Part shown: in pieces, positions 57,471 to 64,000 of the stretch
Layout of the letters: the number at the start of each line of letters is the position of its first letter
Position numbering within the stretch: the first letter of the stretch is position 1
From: Patescibacteria group bacterium
Lineage (GTDB): Bacteria; Patescibacteriota; Microgenomatia; UBA1400; PJMF01
Direction: 5' to 3'
Length of the DNA: 64,000 nt
NCBI GenBank assembly: GCA_016861085.1
Contig: BOKR01000001.1
Location: 67,271-131,270 of the forward strand
The notes under the pieces: model-generated
What the model was told of the DNA's origin: nothing
What the model saw: only the letters and a program-made list of their open reading frames with translations
Database searches by the model: none
Made by a program: the position numbers and the translations under genes

Positions 57471-58796
57471 ATGGTGAAACAAGATGTCTCTGGCAGAGTT
57501 CCGCCGCAAAATGTTGATGCAGAAACCTCTGTACTTGGTGCCATTTTACTTGACAGTGAAGCAATTGTTGCCGTTGCTGACATCATTAATCCCGAAAGTT
57601 TTTATGTACCTGCACATCAGCATATCTATGCTGCCATGGAAGCATTATTTGAAAAACGCCAACCGATTGACGTTGTTACTCTGACCAATCAAATCAAAAA
57701 AATGAAGAAGTTAACCGAGGTTGGGGGAACTTCAGCGATTGCAGAACTATCAAACGTGGTTTCAACCGCTGCCAATGCAAAACATTACGCTCAGCTGGTG
57801 TCTGAGGCGTATGTAAAACGCCGTCTTATTTCTATGTCTGCAGAGATGAATGAATTGGCGTTTGATCCGGGCAAAGATGTTCTGGATATTATGGATTTAG
57901 CAGAGCAGAGAGTATTTGCTTTGTCTCAAACGCAAAATAAAAAAGCATTTACTCCAATTAAAGATACACTGGTAGAAAGTTTTGAGCGCTTGGATGAGTT
58001 ACAGAAACATTCTGGTGAGTTGCGTGGTGTTCCTACCGGATTTGCGGATCTTGATCGCTGTCTGGCTGGGTTTCAGAAATCTAACTTAATTATTTTAGCT
58101 GCCAGACCTGGTACAGGTAAGACAGCGTTTGCATTAAACATGGCGCAGCACATGTCTGTGGTGTCAAAAAAGAAGGTGGGTTTTTTCTCACTTGAAATGA
58201 GTAGAGAGGAGTTGGTTGACCGGTTGTTGGTGTCTCAGGCTGATATCGACGCCTGGAAATTAAAAACTGGCCGACTTGACCAACAGGATTTTTTGAAGTT
58301 GTCAGACGCAATGGGTGTGTTAGCTGATGCCCAAATTTTTATTGATGACACTCCGGCTTTGACTATTTTCGAGATGCGGACTAGAGCGAGGAGATTGAAG
58401 GTTGAGCATGATATCGATATGTTAGTTGTTGACTATCTGCAGTTGGCTCATGGACGGACCAAGGACAATCGTGTTACAGAGGTGGCTGAAATCTCACAGG
58501 GGCTAAAAAATATTGCCAGAGAGCTTAAAATCCCTGTTTTGGCTTTAGCACAGTTATCTCGTGCAGTTGAGAGTAGAACTGAAAAAACACCCCAATTGTC
58601 TGACTTGAGAGAGTCAGGATCTATCGAACAGGATGCTGACGTGGTGATGTTTTTGTATCGTAAGGATGATAATATTCGTGAAGCTGTAAACTTAAAGATT
58701 TCCAAGCACCGCAATGGTGGCATGGCTGATATTGATCTCTATTTCAGAGGGGATCGTATCAAGTTTTATGGTATGGAGACGCAGAGGGAGATGTAG
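57471..58796 (+). CDS. dnaB: replicative DNA helicase DnaB
   Basis: N-terminal ETSVLGAILLD, Walker A GTGKTAFAL. RecA-like C-terminal domain. Confidence 0.9.
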   Translation: MVKQDVSGRVPPQNVDAETSVLGAILLDSEAIVAVADIINPESFYVPAHQHIYAAMEALFEKRQPIDVVTLTNQIKKMKKLTEVGGTSAIAELSNVVSTAANAKHYAQLVSEAYVKRRLISMSAEMNELAFDPGKDVLDIMDLAEQRVFALSQTQNKKAFTPIKDTLVESFERLDELQKHSGELRGVPTGFADLDRCLAGFQKSNLIILAARPGTGKTAFALNMAQHMSVVSKKKVGFFSLEMSREELVDRLLVSQADIDAWKLKTGRLDQQDFLKLSDAMGVLADAQIFIDDTPALTIFEMRTRARRLKVEHDIDMLVVDYLQLAHGRTKDNRVTEVAEISQGLKNIARELKIPVLALAQLSRAVESRTEKTPQLSDLRESGSIEQDADVVMFLYRKDDNIREAVNLKISKHRNGGMADIDLYFRGDRIKFYGMETQREM

Positions 58797-58897
58797 TTGT
58801 TGAAATAAAATCAAACAAGCCTCCGAACCTTCGGTCCGAGTGAGGCTCTTATCGATTTTATTTCAACAAAGTTAAACCTCACCTTTGCACTATTTTA

Positions 58898-59170
58898 TTA
58901 GGCGCCAGGTTGATATCCAAAGAGTAAATAAACCAGACCACCAGATAAGACGAGAAACATGGCCGCAAATCCAAGGTTAGACTTGAGGTTTTTCATTGAT
59001 TTTTCAGGATCAGGATTGTCGACACTAATAATAATCACAGTTGCAACAATAAACCAGACTACGGCGCGGGCTACAACGGACCAGATGCTATCTACTCTAA
59101 ATATCGATCCAAGGATGTTTTGTAAAATATCCATACCCTTCATCATCCTACATATCTTCCAAAAATGCAA
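58898..59170 (-). CDS. small membrane protein (90 aa), TTG start
   Basis: Two hydrophobic helices. Weak. Confidence 0.25.
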   Translation of the reverse strand: MHFWKICRMMKGMDILQNILGSIFRVDSIWSVVARAVVWFIVATVIIISVDNPDPEKSMKNLKSNLGFAAMFLVLSGGLVYLLFGYQPGA

Positions 59171-59204
59171 GTTTCTTGATATACTACCTGTCTAGTTCTT
59201 TAGT

Positions 59205-59290
59205 GCCGAGGTGGCGGAATTGGTAGACGCGTGGGTCTCAAAAACCCATGAGGCTTAAATCTCGTGCGGGTTCGATTCCCGCCCTCGGCA
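59205..59290 (+). tRNA. tRNA-Leu (anticodon CAA), type II
   Basis: GCCGAGGTGGCGGAATTGGTAGACGCG ... anticodon stem TGGGT/ACCCA with loop CTCAAAA, long variable arm, T-arm GCGGG-TTCGATT-CCCGC, acceptor CCTCGGC. Confidence 0.85.
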
Positions 59291-59369
59291 CAGATAGAAA
59301 CAGGTTTTCTCAAAAGTTCCGCTATTTTGATATATTACTAAAGTTATTTAGACTAATTTAGGTTGTTTG

Positions 59370-59449
59370 TTATTGGCAATTTAGCCTGGATATGAGTCCT
59401 AACTATTGACAATATAGGACTCTTTTGCTATACTAGCGGTTGCCAATAA
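59370..59449 (+). promoter_or_regulatory. near-consensus sigma-70 promoter (TTGACA-N17-TATACT, 59406-59434) bracketed by nested inverted repeats: outer TTATTGGCAA/TTGCCAATAA, inner GAGTCCTA/TAGGACTC around the -35
   Basis: All elements read directly; the repeats are perfect. Confidence 0.5.
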
Positions 59450-59538
59450 TTTGCTAAGGGGATTCATCCCTGGTGCGAGTTGGAGGCGTTGCAAATTCAC
59501 ATTTCTGTTTTTCAAAATCCAAGCTAAAGGTGAAACAA

Positions 59539-59895
59539 ATGAAAACGTTCTTCTACAATCTCTATATCCGTTTTTTGTCTATTTTGGGCGCGTTGACCCT
59601 CAAACAGGCCAATGACGAAAAAACTGCCGTGATCAATGCGATCCGCGCGGCCATGGAAATGGCTGGTGTTAAGCCGGCTGACCTGGTTCGTAGCACAAAG
59701 AATCGCAAACGTGACGCGGCCAAGATTCGTCGTCAGGCTGAAAAAGATGAGGCCGCCGCTCGCAAGCTGGCCGCTGAGAAAGCTGTCCTGGCGAAAGAAG
59801 CTGGTGGCATTGAAACTGCCGCCGATGACGTGTTGAATATCCTGAAGGAAATCAACTTGTCCGCCACGACCGATTTCGACCTGCCCTCCGCCTAA
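59539..59895 (+). CDS. compositionally foreign gene: N-terminal hydrophobic signal/anchor followed by an Ala/Lys/Glu/Arg-rich helical domain; about 58% GC with enterobacterial-like codon usage
   Basis: AAGGTGA RBS 7 nt before the ATG. Codons CTG/CGT/CGC/GCG/GCC predominate, unlike the rest of the window. Followed by a strong terminator. Confidence 0.45.
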   Translation: MKTFFYNLYIRFLSILGALTLKQANDEKTAVINAIRAAMEMAGVKPADLVRSTKNRKRDAAKIRRQAEKDEAAARKLAAEKAVLAKEAGGIETAADDVLNILKEINLSATTDFDLPSA

Positions 59896-59923
59896 CGGCA
59901 ATTTGAAACAACATATGTGAATC

Positions 59924-59960
59924 GAGGCTGCCCTTTAAAAAGGCAGCCTCATTCCGTTTC
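59924..59960 (+). terminator. intrinsic terminator GAGGCTGCCCTTT-aaa-AAGGCAGCCTC
   Basis: Stem of at least 9 bp, then a T-containing tail. Confidence 0.55.
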
Positions 59961-60047
59961 TAGAGGCATTTTCTTTTTTCCTACGCATTATGTAAGATTC
60001 AATTTGTATTATTTACACCGATACTAACCACACTGTATAAAGGACGT

Positions 60048-60284
60048 ATGCTGACAAAATCAGATATCACTAAACTTAAAGAAATTTTCGCAACGAAAGC
60101 TGAACTAAAAGAACTTAAGTCAGATCTTGTCAAACTCAAAGATATGATTCACGAAGTCATTTTTGAACTTAAAGACATGAGGGAAGAATTTATCGCTATC
60201 ACATATAGAAACCGAGATCATTCAGATAAAATTGAGTCCCACGAGGTTAGAATTACAAATTTGGAAAAGAAGTTTTCATCTTGA
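60048..60284 (+). CDS. small coiled-coil hypothetical protein (78 aa)
   Basis: ORF with a candidate promoter TTTACA-N18-TATAAA upstream; heptad-like K/E/L pattern. Confidence 0.35.
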   Translation: MLTKSDITKLKEIFATKAELKELKSDLVKLKDMIHEVIFELKDMREEFIAITYRNRDHSDKIESHEVRITNLEKKFSS

Positions 60285-60288
60285 AAAC

Positions 60289-60789
60289 CTACTTCAACAG
60301 CCAAATCACCACAACTAAAATAATCTGCGGTACTATTCCTACCAAAATATTCGGAGTTGAGTGGTGAAACATGCCATGAAATTCGTTCAGTGGTTTGATA
60401 AACCAAGGTTCCCACCTCAAAAAATTTCTTGGTGCTTCAACTAGATCCGGAGCAATTCCCATCAACGCACCCATCCAGATGTGAAACGTATATGCGTCAC
60501 TCATATCTACAGGCTTGCCAAAATCTTTGAAAAAGAACCAATAAATGAGTCCGGCAGTCAGGGCCAAATCAACCAATTCTAAAAGAATTGCGCTGCTACG
60601 CTTTCTTTTGCCAACAGATAGCCCGGTCCCTACGTCCCAATGTGGAATCCAGTCGCACAAATAATGCATGGCAAGAGTGAGTGGTATGTATAAAGCAGGA
60701 TGGGGGAGCTTACTGGCAATAAAGGCCCCAGTGAGCGAGTGTGGTATAGATAACATGGTAAAGTTTAGTATACTAATTACGCACTGCAT
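60289..60789 (-). CDS. His-rich membrane-associated protein, possibly DUF457/YdjM-like membrane-bound metal-dependent hydrolase
   Basis: TM helices and conserved-looking His/Asp positions (HYLCDWIPHWD, HGMFHHS). Confidence 0.3.
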   Translation of the reverse strand: MQCVISILNFTMLSIPHSLTGAFIASKLPHPALYIPLTLAMHYLCDWIPHWDVGTGLSVGKRKRSSAILLELVDLALTAGLIYWFFFKDFGKPVDMSDAYTFHIWMGALMGIAPDLVEAPRNFLRWEPWFIKPLNEFHGMFHHSTPNILVGIVPQIILVVVIWLLK

Positions 60790-60825
60790 TGTACAATGGT
60801 CGAGATATAAAACAAGGTTAAAAGC

Positions 60826-61659
60826 ATGTTTCCAGTCTTACTTTCAGTTGGTCCACTACAACTTAAAACAATGTTTTTGTTTTTATTGCTTGGTTTTTTT
60901 CTTGCTAGTTTTGTATTTTGGCGAAAGTGCAGAGAAGAGCATTACTCAGAGTCCGATATTTTTGATAGTTTTTTGGTATCAGCGCTCTTGGGTGCAATAG
61001 TAGCTAGAGCAGTTTTCATTTTGTTTAATTTTCAAACTTTTGGGTTTCATGTATTAAGCTGGTTTGACATTGGTGCGTTTCCAGGCACAAATTTGATCGC
61101 CGGCTTGGCTGCTGCGGCATTTTCTATGTATAAAAACGCAGTAAAAAACAAGTGGGATGAATTTGAAGTGCTTGATTTTTGGGTGATGAGTGCGGCTCTT
61201 GGTTTATTTATTTATAACTTAGGTGCGTTTTTTGACGGAACAGGGTACGGATATGCAACCAGTTTACCGTGGGGGGTGGTATTTCCCAATCTGATAGAGC
61301 CACATCATCCAGTGCAAATGTATTTTGCGCTTTTTTATCTTGGTGTCTATTTGTATCTTTCAAAAGTCGAGTATTCGTATAGAACTTTTACTTGGTATAG
61401 ACATGGGAAAAAGACTGCCCAAACAGGATTTTTAACTTCTGCATTTTTAATTCAAGTGGCAGTCTTTACGTTTCTCATGGCATTTTTGAAACCAGCAACA
61501 CTGGAATTTTTGGGTATCAACTTTGACATGGTAATTAGCGGTTTATTGGGTTTAGTTGGAACGATGTTACTTTTTTCACGATCTGGGAGAAGCTTACCGC
61601 TTTTATCTAGAAAAAGAGTCAGACCAATTCGTACAAAACTCGAAGACATAAATGAATAA
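60826..61659 (+). CDS. lgt: prolipoprotein diacylglyceryl transferase
   Basis: MFPVLLSVGPLQL N-terminus and polytopic topology match Lgt. Followed directly by lspA. Confidence 0.65.
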   Translation: MFPVLLSVGPLQLKTMFLFLLLGFFLASFVFWRKCREEHYSESDIFDSFLVSALLGAIVARAVFILFNFQTFGFHVLSWFDIGAFPGTNLIAGLAAAAFSMYKNAVKNKWDEFEVLDFWVMSAALGLFIYNLGAFFDGTGYGYATSLPWGVVFPNLIEPHHPVQMYFALFYLGVYLYLSKVEYSYRTFTWYRHGKKTAQTGFLTSAFLIQVAVFTFLMAFLKPATLEFLGINFDMVISGLLGLVGTMLLFSRSGRSLPLLSRKRVRPIRTKLEDINE

Positions 61660-62062
61660 ATTTTCATCATTTTTTCCGGTGCTGTTACTTGTTTTTTTTG
61701 TTGATCAAAGTTCTAAATTTTTAGCTGCAATCTTAGGATTTCACATTACTTATAATTATGGAGTCTCTTTCAGCTTTATGACAGAGAGTCAACCAAAATT
61801 TCTTACATTCGTTTTATTTTTATTGCTGTATTATTTATATATGAGTTTTAAATCGCATTGGAAAAGAAATCCAATAGCGACGGGATTGTTTTTTGGTGGG
61901 GCAGTTTCGAACTTGTTTGATCGAGTAATCTTTGATTCAGTTAGAGATTGGGTGAGTATTCCGTTTACCCAAATTCAAAATAATGTGGCTGATTGGGCAA
62001 TTTTCATCGGGTTAGTTTTAATTGTGCAACCAATCATTTTTGCAAAGATGAACAAAGATTGA
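61652..62062 (+). CDS. lspA: lipoprotein signal peptidase II
   Basis: NYGVSFSF, GGAVSNLFDR, VADWAIF blocks. Confidence 0.75.
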   Translation: MNKFSSFFPVLLLVFFVDQSSKFLAAILGFHITYNYGVSFSFMTESQPKFLTFVLFLLLYYLYMSFKSHWKRNPIATGLFFGGAVSNLFDRVIFDSVRDWVSIPFTQIQNNVADWAIFIGLVLIVQPIIFAKMNKD

Positions 62063-62085
62063 CCTATTGCAGTAGAATACACAGT

Positions 62086-62943
62086 ATGAACAACTTGCTA
62101 AACCCCATTGATTTGATTGAAATAGTCTACGAGGACCAGGATATTATTGCGGTTAATAAGCCGGCTGGTGTCGTAGTGAATAGGGCTCAAACTGTAAAAG
62201 GTGAAACACTTCAGGATTGGTTAGAGCAGAACGTTTCTGAAATTCGTGCAGCAGTGAAGGAAGGCATATACCCAGAAGGCTGGATGTCTCAGATTCCAGA
62301 AGAATTTAGTGAAGAATTTGGTTCACCACAAGAGATTTTTTTGCAACGATCTGGTATCGCACATCGACTTGATAAGGATACAAGCGGCATACTGTTGGTG
62401 GCAAAACATCCTGGGTCATTATTAGAACTACTCAAACAATTTAGGGTTCGCGAAGTTAAGAAACAATATGTTTGTTTAACTCACGGTAAATTCGGCATGC
62501 CAAAAGGAGAGGTCTCTGCGCCAATTGGCAGAAGAAGTAGCAATAGAAAACTGTTTGGAATTGTTTCAGATGGTAGACCAGCAGTGACAGAGTACGAAGT
62601 ACAAAAATACTATCCAAACTTTGATGAGCAACGTTTGCTTCAAGAAACTGGTGAAAAAGAGTTGCGGTTTTCTTCTTACAATGGATTCTCGTTGGTAAAT
62701 TGTTTTCCCAAGACTGGGCGAACACATCAAATTCGTGTGCATTTGGCGCATTTGGCACACCCAATAGTTGGGGATATTTTCTATGTGGGCAAGAAACGGA
62801 GAAAGCTGGATGCACTGTGGTGCAAGCGTCATTTTTTGCATGCACAAACAATTGAATTTATTCATCCAAGAACAAAACAACGAATGTCTGTATCGGCTGG
62901 ACTCTCGAAAGACTTGCAGGAAGTTTTATCTTACTTACAATAG
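62086..62943 (+). CDS. RluA-family 23S rRNA pseudouridine synthase (RluD-like)
   Basis: IIAVNKPAGVVV and HRLDKDTSGILLVAK catalytic-Asp motif. The start at 62086 (MNNLLNP) is preferred over the alternative-start ORF at 61993. Confidence 0.8.
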   Translation: MNNLLNPIDLIEIVYEDQDIIAVNKPAGVVVNRAQTVKGETLQDWLEQNVSEIRAAVKEGIYPEGWMSQIPEEFSEEFGSPQEIFLQRSGIAHRLDKDTSGILLVAKHPGSLLELLKQFRVREVKKQYVCLTHGKFGMPKGEVSAPIGRRSSNRKLFGIVSDGRPAVTEYEVQKYYPNFDEQRLLQETGEKELRFSSYNGFSLVNCFPKTGRTHQIRVHLAHLAHPIVGDIFYVGKKRRKLDALWCKRHFLHAQTIEFIHPRTKQRMSVSAGLSKDLQEVLSYLQ

Positions 62944-62981
62944 TTTTATTTGTTGACGCAACTCACTTTCAAGATATATAA

Positions 62982-63602
62982 TTGCATATGGAACTAACCA
63001 ACACATTTTTTTCAAATGATCCGATTCAATACTTAGCCCCTTCATGGGATGACATGGATCGTTTGGTATTCTCAATTTCAAAAAAAATTATTGAAGCTGA
63101 TCTTAAATTTGATCGAATTGTGACAATGGCAAAAGGTGGCTGGCCTATGGCTCGGCCTTTGGTCGATTATATTCAAGCAAATGAAGTGGCTAGTATTGGC
63201 ATAAAGTTGTATAAGGGGATTAACGAGCGTAAGGCCGAGCCTGAAGTGTATCAAGATATCCCTGTCGATATAACTGGTGAAACGATTTTATTGTTTGATG
63301 ATGTTGCCGACACTGGTGAAACCTTGGAATTTGTTAAGCAATACCTGGAGGGTAGGGGAGCAAAAAAAATCTATACTGCAACCCTTTTTTATAAACCACA
63401 TTCCAGCATTAAGCCCGATTATTATGGCGAAGAAACACTTGCATGGATTATTTTCCCGTACGAACTTCGCGAAACAATGGACGTTCTCGTAGACAAGTGG
63501 GAAGGAGATGGGCTACATGAAGCAGCAATCGTTGATCGGTTTGAAACATTAGGGTTTAAGAGAAAAATGGTCGAGTATTTTTACTCAACTTTATATAGAT
63601 AG
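62982..63602 (+). CDS. type I phosphoribosyltransferase (purine PRTase-like)
   Basis: PRPP-binding motif ILLFDDVADTGETL. Confidence 0.65.
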   Translation: MHMELTNTFFSNDPIQYLAPSWDDMDRLVFSISKKIIEADLKFDRIVTMAKGGWPMARPLVDYIQANEVASIGIKLYKGINERKAEPEVYQDIPVDITGETILLFDDVADTGETLEFVKQYLEGRGAKKIYTATLFYKPHSSIKPDYYGEETLAWIIFPYELRETMDVLVDKWEGDGLHEAAIVDRFETLGFKRKMVEYFYSTLYR

Positions 63603-63615
63603 TCATAGTAATAGT

Positions 63616-63644
63616 TTGACAAAAAGGAAGTTATAGGATAAAAT
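63616..63644 (+). promoter_or_regulatory. sigma-70-like promoter TTGACA-N17-TAAAAT
   Basis: Read from the sequence. Predicted TSS is near 63651. Confidence 0.45.
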
Positions 63645-63650
63645 AGAGGG

Positions 63651-63790
63651 ACAAGTTAAGACAGATTTGCGTTAAAGCACCTTACAGGGCTTTTTCGCTC
63701 CCAAGTAACAGCAGTTTCGCTTTAGTTGAAAACAACTCAAGCCAAGCGGAAACCAAGTTGAGTAGAAAAGCTTCAATGGGTGTTTTTTTT
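63651..63790 (+). ncRNA. candidate small RNA (about 140 nt) running from the promoter to a U8 tract, with a long imperfect terminal hairpin (TTGAAAACAACTCAA ... TTGAGTAGAAAAGCTTCAA)
   Basis: No ORF of at least 30 codons and no strong SD. It ends in TGGGTGTTTTTTTT. Identity unknown; it did not match tmRNA, RNase P or SRP signatures by eye. Confidence 0.3.
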
Positions 63791-63816
63791 ATTTTCCCCG
63801 TTGAATTTGAAACAAA

Positions 63817-64000
63817 GATGAGTAGACAAACAATTGACAAACCAACTCAGACAGAAGTCCACAGAGCGTATTTAGCTCCACATTCCCTAGAACACTGGGA
63901 AAGGATTCAACGACTTGTCTTGACTGGCGAGTTCGGAGTGGAACCGAATCCGCAAGGGTATTCAGAAAAGTTAACTGCACCTCAGAATGTACCTGATTTT
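63817..64000 (+). CDS. partial hypothetical CDS running off the window end
   Basis: ATG at 63817, open to the edge (61 codons). Weak RBS. Confidence 0.25.

Noticed and set aside
59524-59901. Minus-strand 125-aa ORF antisense to the GC-rich gene
   Set aside because: Gly/Arg-rich nonsense-like translation typical of the antisense frame of a GC-rich coding region. The plus-strand ORF has an SD, a signal-like N-terminus and a flanking promoter and terminator.
63651-63790. tmRNA, RNase P RNA or SRP RNA identity for the 3' small-RNA candidate
   Set aside because: There is no tRNA-like acceptor and T-arm with a tag reading frame, no GGAAAGUCCGG RNase P core and no convincing SRP domain IV symmetric loop. 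It is kept only as an unclassified sRNA candidate.
1-64000. CRISPR arrays, rRNA genes, transposases or integrases
   Set aside because: No regularly spaced direct repeats, no rRNA-like conserved blocks, and no ORF with DDE or tyrosine-recombinase motifs were seen by eye. A computational repeat scan (e.g. CRISPRCasFinder, minced) would be needed to exclude short arrays.

Overview
64 kb of a low-GC (about 37-40%) bacterial chromosome. Small genes, frequent 4-nt ATGA stop/start overlaps, and genes such as an O-antigen-ligase/TPR fusion and a GT28-like glycosyltransferase suggest a reduced-genome lineage such as Patescibacteria/CPR; this lineage guess is inference. The standard genetic code is in use, with TGA serving as a stop. 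Most of the window is core housekeeping: a tRNA-Thr/Tyr/Thr cluster plus rpmG, rpmB, def-fmt, mreBCD-mrdA, dprA-topA-nadD, a compact dTMP-synthesis cluster (thyA, HIT, dCMP deaminase, folA, dut, MazG-like, tmk), recR, hpf, cysS, an ABC exporter, a P-type ATPase, pyrH, ychF, a histidine kinase plus binding protein, rpsF-ssb-rpsR, ctpA, prfA (RF1), rpmE, glmS, hisS, pepP, dnaB, lgt-lspA and an RluA-family pseudouridine synthase. Four places stand out. (1) An insertion between rpmG and tRNA-Trp carries an HTH plus degenerate LAGLIDADG-like ORF whose 3' end overlaps the tRNA-Trp gene. (2) A roughly 5 kb block (3.3-8.4 kb) encodes hypothetical, secreted and lipid/glycolipid-related proteins. (3) A leaderless 14-codon uORF ends inside an intrinsic terminator directly upstream of hpf. 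(4) A GC-rich gene (about 58% GC, enterobacterial-like codon usage) sits downstream of tRNA-Leu behind a consensus promoter bracketed by nested inverted repeats. Other candidates are a glmS-ribozyme-like leader, a structured rpsF leader, a promoter-to-U-tract small-RNA unit at the 3' end, and several leaderless transcription units. No CRISPR array, rRNA, transposase or integrase was seen.
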